From assembly GCF_030684315.1 (NCBI RefSeq), contig NC_081374.1, forward strand, positions 38,972,630 through 39,036,629: DNA of 64,000 bases, written 5' to 3'. Under the pieces are notes generated by a model. It made no database searches. It worked only from the letters and a program-made list of their open reading frames with translations, and was not told where the DNA came from. The DNA comes from Stegostoma tigrinum (Eukaryota). The position numbers were made by a program, and so were the translations under genes. Each line of letters opens with the position of its first letter. Positions within the stretch are counted from its first letter, which is position 1. Positions 39,165-50,037 of the stretch are shown here, piece by piece.

Positions 39165-39520
39165 GCGCATATTCCTGACAAGGGCTGCATTTATCTCCCA
39201 CCCCCAGTAGCCTTTAAATGGATCGCTAGGCTATTTCTGAGGGCCGCAAAGTGTCAACTGTATTGCCTTGGGTCAGGAGTTACATGTAGGCTAGATTAGG
39301 AAAGGACTGCAGATTTCCCTCCCAAAAGCATATTAATGAACCAGGTGGGTTTTTACAACAAAAACAAATAGTTATCACAACAGAGACTACCTTCATATTC
39401 TGGATTTATTTGTTTAATTTAAATTACATTAATGTTGAGGGAGATTTGAACCCATTTGCTCAGGGCATTAGCCTAAATCTTATGGATTACTAGGCCAGCG
39501 ACATTAATACCATGCCAACC
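39165..39520 (-). mobile_element. tRNA-derived SINE of the same family as 2897-3120
   Basis: GGAGTTACATGTAGGCTAGA...TTAATGAACCAGGTGGGTTTTTACAAC...GATTTGAACCC (reverse B box). Confidence 0.6.
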
Positions 39521-40734
39521 TCTTCTCTCAGCACACTCATCTATTGTTATTGATTAACAAAAGGTAGGGAAAGGTAAAAATGCCAACACTACTGGTTTGG
39601 TTAATGTTCCATTGACTTTTGTACCAGTATGTCAAGATAAAGAGTTTGACCTCTAATCCAGACAATCCTGGTGAACTGGAGAACGCAGCTCCAACTCTGA
39701 ACCATATTTAATAAGTACTGGTGACACCTTACCTCGACTTATATTGTGCAAGTCCATAACACTGTCCTGCTGTGCAAACTGTAAATATAAACTGATAAAA
39801 AGATTGTAACCATTGAAGGAGGTTTATACTGTGGCCCATTAGACTGGTAATTAGCTTGCAACTTCATCTAAGACTTCTCACTGTTGTCTGTGAGAAGAAT
39901 GTAAGAGTAGAAAGCAACATTAGGAATTGATATAAAATTAGTGTGTAAAAACTAGAAGCAGGAATAGATAATAGAATCCCTCCATTTGATATATTGTCCT
40001 GACTGACCTCCACTTTCCCATATCCCTTCATTCCTTGAAAGATAAAAGATGTAGTGATTCCAGCATTGAATATACACAACAATCGAACGTCCAAAACCCC
40101 CTGTGTTAGAAAGTTCCAAAGATTTACAATCTTTTTTGATGTAATTTTGCCCCCTTAGTCTAAATGGATAAGGCCTTGTATCTTGAGACTATGCCCCTGA
40201 GTCCCAGATTCGCCAACCAGGAAGAACAACTTTTCTGTGTCTATTTAATTTTTAAGCTTCTTCAGAATCTTGTATATTTAAATCCCATCCCTCTTCATCT
40301 AAACTACAGAGAGTACAGACCCATTTTACTGACCATCTTCCCATCAACTGACCATCTTCCCATCATAGCATGACCTGCTACCTCAGGAACCAATCTAGTA
40401 AACCTCTGGAATACTTTCTTATTTTCTCTCAATGGAAATAGTATAAGTAAATACAGCATTGGAGGCACATTCTAAATTTCCCTTGCTCTTGGCTCCAGGA
40501 CAAATGAATCCTTTCTAAGATCTAAATACCAAAATTGTACTGTACTTCAGGATTTTGAGTTTAGCGAAGCCCTTCTCAACCTCACAACTGTTCTTATTCT
40601 TGTATTCCAATTCTCTTACACTAAAGACCAATATGTAATCTTCCTTCTTAGCTGCTTAGTGTTTCTATAAGCCAAATTTCAGCATTGAATTTTCTCTACA
40701 CGATACACATGTAGACTTGTCACCTTGTTTTTTT

Positions 40735-41540
40735 TCCATTCATTTTTTGTGGGATGTGTGCGTCGCTAGCTAGCCAGCATTTTTTGCCCATCCTTAGTTG
40801 CCCTTGAGAAGGTGGTGGTGAGCTGCCTTCTTGAACTGCTGCATTCCTCCTCCTGTGGGTTGACCCACAATGCTATTAGGGAGGGAATTCCAGGATTTTG
40901 ACCCAGTGACAGTGAAGGAATGGCAATATATTTCCAAGTCAGGAGAGTGAGTGACTTGGAGAGGAACTTGGAGGTGGTTGTGTTCCCATTTACCTGCTGC
41001 CCTTGTCCTTCTAGGTGGAAGTGGTCATGGGTTTGGAAGGTGCTGTCTGAGGATCTTTGGTGAATTTCTGTGGAGCATCTTGTAGATAGTACACACTGCT
41101 GCTACTGAGCATCAGTGGTGGAGAGAATGGATGCTTGTGGATGTAGTGCCAATCAAGCAGGCTGCTTTGTCCTGGATGGTGTCAAGCTTCTTGAGTGTTG
41201 TTGGGGTTGCACTTGTCCAGGCAAGGGGGGATTATTCCATCACACTCCTGACTTGTGCCTTGAAGATGGTGGACAGGCTTTGAGGAGTCAGGAGATTAAT
41301 TACTCACTGAAGTATTCCCAGCTTCTGGCCTGTTCTTGTAGCCAATGTGTTTATGTGGTGAGTCCAGTAGAGCTTCTGATTCAATGGTAACCCCCAGGAT
41401 GTTGATAGTGGGGGATTCAGTGATGGTAACACCATTGAATGTCAAGGGGCAGTGGTTAGATTGTCTCTTATTGGTGATGATCATAGCCTGGCATTTGTGT
41501 GGCATGAATGTCACTTGCCACTTGTCAGCCCATTGTTGCC
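40735..41540 (-). mobile_element. LINE 3' fragment nested in an older minus-strand CR1 (about 39950-42140)
   Basis: Translation QQWADKWQVTFMPHKCQAMII...INILGVTI. The flanks on both sides resemble decayed CR1. Confidence 0.8.
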
Positions 41541-43244
41541 AATTCATTTCACCTGCCTTTTTCTCTTTGTAGTCTATTTGTGTCCTCCTCAGAGCTTAAA
41601 TTCCTACCTGGCATTGTATCATCAGGAATGCTTGGTCTCTTGTCCAAGTCATTAACATAGATTGTGAGGTCAGATTGTTGAGGCAATTATACCCTGCCAA
41701 TTTGAAATGTTCTCATTTATCCCTAGTATCTGCTTCTCATCTGTTAACTAATGTTCAATTCATGCTAATGTTTTACTCCCAATGTGATGAGACCTTACCT
41801 TGCTTATTATCTTTGTATGAGGTGTCTCATTGAAAGCTTCTGAAATCCAAGTATACTAGTTACTGCCTTTATCTAACCTACCAATGACATCTTAAAAACT
41901 TGAATAAATTCTTCAAATATGGTTTCCCTTTGTAAAACACTGTTGATAATGTCTGACTGTACTATGATTTATAAATTGATTAAAATGGTCCTTAATATCA
42001 GACTCAATGTCATGCTAACTGACCTGAGGTTCCCAGTTTCTGCTCTTCCTCATTTCCTGTATTGCAGTGTCAGAGTTGCTACATACCAATTTAAAGAGGC
42101 CATTCCAGAATCTAGGGAATTTTGGAAAATCAGAACTGATGCTATACCACTTTTTTCATTTCCCTCCTTGTGCAAACTTTGCAGAGTAAAACAACAGGGC
42201 AAAATCAGCAAACTGCTCATCAGACTGGAAGTGTTTGCAATACAGCTTATACACAGCCAGTATGAAGGGACACATCTTCCGTCATATTCACTGTGAGAAC
42301 AGTGGCATTTTTATGTCTTTTGTGATTTTTACTCTCAATTACTCTTCTGTGGCCTTGTTCGTGGTTAGTCAAAATAAATAGTTAATTTAAGGTTTTGGAA
42401 TAGATCTGCTGGTCAGATTGTGGGTGTTGAGCTCAACAAGCCAACCAGCCTCAAATAGATAATTGTTGATAGGCTATAATGGCAGCAAGCAGAGGTTTTG
42501 TGGTACAATTGTAGTAGTTTTAGCTCTGGACGTGAAGCTCTGGGTTCAAGGCCTGATCCAGGACTTGTTGGCCAAGAGGATGTGTTCACGACATGGCCAA
42601 GCAAATTGATTATCAGGCCTATAAGTTGTTCCAGTGTGGCAGGTGATAAACGTGGGAGAGCTTCCTGGTCAGCTGAACAGACAACAGTAAACCACTGAGG
42701 TCCTTCATCCATTAGCATGGAAAATTAAATCATGTTCTTCCAAGTTACATTAAACCTCACTAGAGCACTCCAGCAGACCCGACTCTTTCATATCCGTTAT
42801 GTCAATTTACTTCTTATTTCCACCAACTACTCCATTCGCCTTCACCTACTATGCCAATTCATTGACTATCTAGAATGAGTGGAACTCCACCAACACTCAA
42901 GTAGTTCAACATCATTCAGGTCAAAGCAGCCCGCTTGATTGGCACCCTTTCTATCTAAGCCATCCACTGTCTATTTAAACTAATTTTACACTTGCTTAAT
43001 TTTAAGTCATCCAACATGTTTTCCTGTCATATTTGAAGGGAACAAATTGATTTTGTCATTTAATATTTGACGTATCTCAATGACATCCCATCATTTATTC
43101 ACTCTATATATTTAGTGTCTCCAAACTTTCCCAATCCCTTTTGCAATGCAAAACAGTAAGATGATTTTCACCGTACTAAAGTAAACAGAGCAATAGTTGA
43201 TCCAGTCCTCTCTCTATCCATGAACCTAGCAGCAAATATTGGCT

Positions 43245-43995
43245 ACAAAAATAAAGTTGCTGGAAAAGGCTAGCAGGTCTGGCAGCATCTGTGGAGGAGA
43301 AAACAGAGTTAACATTTCGTGTCTGGTGACCCTTCCTCAGAACTGATGGTGACTGGGAAAACATCAGTTTATATGCAGAAAACAGGGAGGTGGGTGGGGT
43401 AGGGAGTAAACGATAGGATAGAGCCCAAAGAGAGAGAGAGACAGTTGGACAGACAAAGGAGTTGCTAATGATCAGGCTGGGACGGTGAATTGTTAATGGG
43501 GACTGTTAGTGAGTGGCAACGGCGGGTGTGGAGTGGCAGTCTGTGTGGTAACAAGGCCTGGTGTGTGGGGTGGGGGGGCTGGGACATGGGAGAGTTTAGG
43601 CCCTAACATTATTGAACTCAATATTGAATCCAGAAGGCTGGAGGGTCCCCAAGTGGAAAATGAGGTGTTGTCCCTCCAGCTTGCGTTGGGCTTCACTGGA
43701 ACACTGTAGCAAACCAGAGACAGAGATGTTGGCCAGGGAGCAAGATGGTGCATTGAAGTGGCAGGCAACAGGGAGTTCAGGGTCTTTTTTGCGAACCTTG
43801 TATAAACAAAGTTGCTGGAAAAGCTCGGCCGGTCTGGCAGCATCTGTGAAGGATAAAAGAGTTCTGAGGAAGGGTCACCAGACCTGAAACGTTAACTCTG
43901 TTTTCTCCTTCACAGATGCTGCCAGACCTGCTGATCTTTTCCAGAAACTTTGTTCTTGTTCCTGATTTACAGCATCTGCAGTTCTTTTGTTTTTT
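43245..43995. mobile_element. Second Penelope-like family: minus-strand GIY-YIG 3' fragment plus a fold-back terminus
   Basis: Minus frame about 43610-43775 reads PVACHFNAPSCSLANISVSGLLQC...QHLIFHLGTLQPSGFNIEFNN. A hairpin spans 43805-43955. Confidence 0.8.
43858..43899 (+). ncRNA. Minimal hammerhead motif with a full 6-bp stem I
   Basis: AGAGTT-CTGAGGA-AGGGTC(ACCA)GACCT-GAAAC-GTT-AACTCT. Confidence 0.65.
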
Positions 43996-44784
43996 TTAGT
44001 AAATATGAGTTGATTCTTTTTCTCCTCCAAGTCAAATTCTCTGACCTACTACAACCTGGCTCAGAGCAACTTTACCTGCTCTGTCCCAATCTCATTTTTA
44101 TTGAGCTTGAACCTGGCAAAAGCAGCCTAACATCATCAGGAACATTACAAGAAACTATCATTTAGGATAAGATGACAGGACATTTTGAAAAGTGTCTGCT
44201 GCTCAGAGAAAACCTGTGGGGATTTATAGAGGAGAGACTGTTCCTAATAAACTTGCTTGAATTTTTTGAAATGGTGGATAGGATATGCATGTTATTTATT
44301 TTAACTGACAAAACACACTGATAATGTCCCTCATATTGGATGTTAAATTAGGTTGAATATTATGGAATTGAAGGCAAATTGCTGATCTGGTTAGAACATG
44401 TGGCTGAGTTTGGATAATGGATAGGCACTCTCCTTGGCAGAATATAACTAATGCTATTTAGAAAGATCTGTGTGGAGCTTCAATTATTCATCATATTTAT
44501 TAACAATTTAGATGATGGTAGAGAAAGCCACACATTCAAGCTGACAGTTGTACAAAGATTAGAAGCTGTGTTGATGAAAAAAAGAGAGATTGAAAAATTA
44601 AGTGAATTGCAAAACTCTAGTAAATGAATTTCACTATACCTAAATGCAAGGTCATCCATTTTGGCCCTTAAGAGGAGAGATCACTATCCAAATGGTGACA
44701 CAATGAGACCTATAGAAACTTAGGTGCCCATGTGCACAGATTGTGAAAATGTAATGGATAGCCAGAGGTAGTGGTCAAAGGCTA

Positions 44785-46829
44785 AAAAAAAAGCGTCGAC
44801 CAGAGGCCTACAGGTGGGTGAGTCTCTGCTTTAAAGATTAGCAAACAGCTACCTTGACCGTCGGAGCCCTCCATTCCTGTTCCAGCAGCAGATAGAGCGG
44901 GAGCTCTAACCATGAAGGACTCTCGTATGTTGATGAGGTAAGGCTTTTCAATTTATATCCTTGTGTATTGTGTAATTTATTAAAAGTTTAATTGCTTAAT
45001 TGAAAAAGAGTGTAGCAGAGAAGTACTAGAAAGCATTTAATACATAAGTTGTAAAAGTTAACTAAATAAGTAGTAACGGCTGGACAGGTGATGTGTTGTA
45101 GCTGTATGATGTGGGAGCTGGCTGATCCCATTGTGAACGGCAGCGACCACATCTGCAGCAAGTGTTAGTTGCTGGAAGAACTCCGGATCAGAGTAAATGA
45201 TCTGGAATCTGAGCTTCAAACTCTGCGGCACATCCGGGAGAGGGAGAGTTACCTGGACACTTTGTTTCAGGAGGCAGTCACACCCGGTAGATTAAATAAC
45301 TCAAATTCAGAAAGTGTTCAGGGACAAGGTATGACTGTAAGTGAGGCAGGTTGGGGGATTCAGAGTTCAGGAGTGCAGGAGCCTCAGCCCTTGACCTTGA
45401 CCAACAGGTATGAGATTCTTGCTCCCTGTACGGTTGAGGAAAAGGACTGTGGGCAGGATGAGCCAGCTGACCATGGCACCGTGGCACAGAAGGTCATTCA
45501 AGAGGGGGGAGCAAAAGGCAGGTAGTTGTTACAGGGGATTCTATAATTAGAGGGACAGATAGTATCCGATACAAGCCGGATCGGGAGTCCCGCATGGTGT
45601 GTTGCCTGCCCGGTACCAGGGTGTGGGACATCTCCGAACGGGTTGAAAGGATATTGGAGCGGGAGGGGGAGGATCCAGTTGTTGTGGTCCATGTTGGGAC
45701 TAACAACACAGGAAAAGCTAGGGAAGAGGAGCTGTTCAGGGAAAGATAAGCAACAGGATAGCATGTGTACAGGTGGATTTAAGCTCGAGGCAGACTAAGA
45801 ATACAGCAAAAAGGAAGGATAACTTAAGACATCTTGGGATTTCCAACTTCTCTAATAATGATAAGAAAGCTAGCATTAAGACACTTTATCTAAATGCTCG
45901 TAGTATTCGCAACAAAGTAGATGAATTAACAGCAGAAATCCTCTTGAATGATTATGATGTGGTAGGCATCACAGAGACATGGTTGCAGGGAGCTCAGGAC
46001 TGGTCCAGGAAATGGCTGATGAAATTCAATGTGAGTAAATGTGAGGTTTTGCACTTTGGATAAAAGAATACAGGCATGGACTATTTTCTAAACGGTGAGA
46101 AAATTTGCAAATCAGAAGTGCAAAGGGACCTGGGAGTATTGGTCCAAGATTCTCTGAAAGTTAACTGTAATTAAGAAAGCTAATGTAATGTTGTCGTTTA
46201 TCTCAAGAGGGTTGGAATATAAAAGCAGCGATGTGCTTCTGAGGCTTTATAAGGCTCTAGTTAGGCCCCATTTAGAATACTGTGTCCAATTTTGGGCCCC
46301 ACACCTCAGGAAGGACATACTAGCCCTGGAGCGTGTCCAGCGGAGATTCACACGGACGATCCCTGGAATGGTATGTTTATGATGAACGGCTAAGGATCCT
46401 GGGATTGTACTCATTAGCGTTTAGAAGGCTGAAGGGAGATCTAATAGAAACTTAGAAGATAATGTATGGTTTAGAAGGGATGGACGCTAGGAAGTTGTTT
46501 CCGTTAGGCGGGGAGACTAGGACCCGTGGGCACAGCCTTAAAATTAGAGGGGGTAAATTTAAAACTGAAATGAGATGACATTTCTTCAGCCAGAGAGTGG
46601 TGGGCTTGTGGAATTCATTGCTGCAGAGTGCAGTGGAGGCCGGGACGTTGGATGCCTTCAAGGCAAAGATCGACAAATTCTTGATCTCAAAAGGAATCAA
46701 GGGCTACGGGGAGAGTGCAGGGAAGTGGTGTTGAAATGCCCATCAGCCATGATTTAAATGGCGGAGTGGACTTGATGGGCCAAATGGCCTTACTTCCACC
46801 CCTATGTCTTATGGTTTTATGGTCTTATG
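44785..46829 (+). mobile_element. Internally deleted CR1 retaining 5' region and 3' end, nested in an older CR1 (about 44160-47350)
   Basis: ORF1 (LEELRIRVNDLESEL..., VVVHVGTNN), then the endonuclease start (LYLNARSIRNK...GITETWLQGAQDW) fused directly to the RT C-terminus (SRKWLMKFNVSKCEVLHFG), then the CR1 tail. The host reads AAGGCTA|ATGGAATACTAGC across the insertion. Confidence 0.88.
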
Positions 46830-47589
46830 GAATACTAGCTATTAAGTCTGACAAAATAGAATGAAAGCAGCAAATGGGGTGGGGGGGGGGGGGCATTGGT
46901 AGTTGGAGGGTTAAAAATAAACTATAAAAGGTCCTGGTGACCTGGAATACTATGGACAATTCAGGACATCTCACGTAAGAAGTGTATATCGGCTTTGGAG
47001 GGAGTGCAGTATGCATTAACCAGAAACATATGCAGACTCCAGCTGTTAAATGGTGATGGGATATTAAACTAGGGCTGTATGTTCTGGAATTTAAAAGTTA
47101 GTGGCTGATGTGATCAAAATTTTCAGGACATTAAGCACTCTAGATGGTTTGTCTCTACCTAGGGATGTAGGAGACATGGTCTAAGGAATAGTCAACTATT
47201 CCTTTCAGGAGTGAAGTGAGAAAACAGTTCTACACACAGATAGTAGAAGTTGGGAGTTTTCTCTTCTGCAAAAAGTAATTGACTAGAGATCAATTATAAA
47301 TGATAAAATGAGATTAATAGGTTTATATTGGTCAATGGGAAATGAATTTTGTGAATTGCAGAACAGGAAATCTACACTTTTTCCTAAATTCTGGGACTGA
47401 CAGTAGGCATTGATAGAAAATGGGACCTCTTTTCTGTGGCACTTTAATGCGATACAACCAAATGCTAGAAATTGACAGAGGACCCAGTCAAACCTACAAA
47501 GAAAAGGTGGCTTTAGCATTTTGTGTGAAAACATTTTATCAACACCAAGATAATTTGCAGTTCTGACAAGTGAGACTCATTATACCCTG

Positions 47590-47936
47590 AGATAGTAAGA
47601 ACTGCAGATGCTGGAGTCAGATATAACACAGTGTGGAGCTGGAGGAACACAGCAGGTCAAGCAACATCAGAGGATTAACTTAAGGAGCTGCAGAGAAAAC
47701 TGTTTTTGGACGATCTGGATGTTGTGCATGTAGAAGTTATTGTGGTCAGGTCCAAATTGGGATGGCCTGAATGTAGATTGGAGTCCAATGGTGATGATCC
47801 AGTTCCATAGGCAAGTACCGAGGAAGTACCTGCAGGTACTTCTCTGAAGAAGAGTCTCGATCCGAAACGTCTACTTTCTTGCTCCTCTGATGCTGCCTGG
47901 CCTGCTGTGTTCCTCCAGATCCATACTGTGTTATCT
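47590..47936. mobile_element. Fold-back Penelope-derived element enclosing about 165 bp of unrelated sequence
   Basis: Arms at 47590-47675 and 47843-47936. TSD TCATTATACCCTG (47577-47589) versus TCATTACGCCCTG (47937-47949). Confidence 0.75.
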
Positions 47937-48344
47937 TCATTACGCCCTGGCTTGCTAATAAGCACAATTGGGTAAGGTTAAAGATAGCAGAACCTGTTCA
48001 TCAGCTTAATAAAAGGCAAGATACTGTGGCTGCTGGAAATCTGAAACAGCATCTCTTGGGAGAGAAACAGAGTTAATGTTTCAAGTCCAATGTGACTCCT
48101 CCCCAGAACTTTTTTCTGCCAATTAGTTGGAATATAATTGGAACTGTCAAGCTGTAACCAGAACATTCCCAAAGATGTTGCTGAATGTGGCATGCACATT
48201 AAATCTAGATAGGCGCACATAATTGAATGAAAGATCAGAATGCAGTTCGCTTGTAAACCATAGATTGTCCTTTGAGACTGGTCACATTTCAATTAGTCTT
48301 CTGGCTTATGAGATTTTCATTTCCATTTCCATAAATTGAATAAA

Positions 48345-48815
48345 TTAGGACCATACATAATAGGCCATTTGGTCCCCATTATTGAATAAGATCACAGCTG
48401 ATTTGTTTGTATTTTGAATTCCACATTCCCACCTATTTTTGATAACCTTTGGCACCCTTGTCTAACCACCCTTGTCTCAAAAATATTTAATGGAACTGCC
48501 TCTGCCACCTTCTTGAGGCAATGTTCCAACATCACACATCTGAGAAAAAATATCTCCTGATCCCTGTCCTGCAAGGAACACCTCTAATTTAAAACAGTCC
48601 CTGCTATCCCTGAACCACCCAACAAGACAAAACATCTTCTCCACATTCCATTTGTCAAGACCTTTCAAGCTCTTATACGTTGCAATCAAGTGACTCCTTG
48701 CTCTTCTAAACTCCAATGGAAATAAGCCTAGCTAGTCCAACCTGCCCTCATAACACAACCCATTCATTCCAGGTATCAATCTAGAAAAGCTCCTCTGAAT
48801 TGTCTTCAATGCCAT
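48345..48815 (-). mobile_element. Old CR1 3' fragment
   Basis: Minus translation EFRRARSHLIATYKSLKGLDKWNVEKMF. Confidence 0.75.
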
Positions 48816-48916
48816 TTACAAATAATTACAGGGTGCATATTTCTAAATTTATTCAGATGCCAGAAATTAAATTAATTGGCTACAATCAAGCTTTCCTCAC
48901 TAAGTATGACTGTTTC

Positions 48917-49155
48917 AGAGATAGTAAGCACTGCAGATGCTGGAGAATTTGAGATAACAAGCTGTAGAGCTGGATGAACACAGCAGGCCCAGCAGCATCA
49001 GAGGAGCAGGAAAACTGACATTTCTGGCCTCGACCCTGCTTCAGAAAAATGAAGGGTTTTTTCTGAAGAAGAGTCTAGGCCCGAACTGTCAGCTTTCCTG
49101 CTCCTTTGATGCTGCTTGGCCTGCTGTGTTCATCCAGCTCTACACCTTGTTTAAC
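48917..49155. mobile_element. Penelope-derived fold-back element (tail on the left)
   Basis: Inverted arms around about 49050 with a decayed core CTGAAGAAGAGTCTAGGCCCGAAC at 49063. Confidence 0.8.
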
Positions 49156-49629
49156 TCAGTAGGACTCTCATTTTAGTTATTTTGGTCATACTGGGAAACA
49201 CCCAAACTCAGTTTTAGACTAACTCTATCCCGTAGTGCCTTACTTATTGTTGCATTGTTATATGTCATGTGAGGCTCTCGCGTATCTTTGTATAATTCCA
49301 GCTGTCTCGTTAGGTATTTATAGTTCAGCCAGTCTAAGGGAGGATACGCCAAAGACCAGGGTAATCCAGTCAGAACTACAATGAGGATGGAAACTTTTCC
49401 AACTATGGGATGGTGATGAATTGGCTGCTGCCAGCAGTAATAATGATCTTTTCATCTACTCTATATATGGTTTTCTGGTCAGCAATGCAGTACAAATACG
49501 TATCCAGCTTGTAACAGCTTGAAGCCTGTCTGCTTGTGATAGGTGCAGCCTGAAATAAACAGGAATTGCGAAGCAGTGCAGCATCCGTGTAGTCTTGCAA
49601 GCAATCCGAGCACATTGATTCTTAGTGGT

Positions 49630-50037
49630 CATCTTAGCTCAACAGTGGCACTTTTTTTTACAAGTTGAATGTTCAAGCCACATTCTAAAAATATTAGCAG
49701 ACAATCTCTGCTGCTCACTCAGTACAGTGCTGAGGGAATTGCTGCATTGTCCAAAGCTGACTTTCGTATGCGATATCTAATCAAAGATTTGCCTTTCGTG
49801 AATGCAAAATGATTCATGGAAGAGTAAAGTTGTTCTTTGGTGCATCAGCCAGCATTAATTCCTTAACCAAAAGTGAATAAAATAAATCTCCATGCTGCTG
49901 TTCATGTATCCTTACTGTGTGCAAATAGTCTGTTGTATTACCCTGCATTACAATGGTAAATACACTCCTAAAGTACCCCATTGGCTGTAAAGTATTTTGT
50001 AACATCCAGAAAGTTACTTTGTAAATGCAAGCTTCTT
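49630..50037 (+). mobile_element. Deu-domain (SacSINE1/AmnSINE-like) SINE, decayed
   Basis: CAGTACAGTGCTGAGGGAATTGCTGCATTGTC...CTGTGTGCAAAT...CATTGGCTGTAAAG...TAAATGCAAG. Confidence 0.55.
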
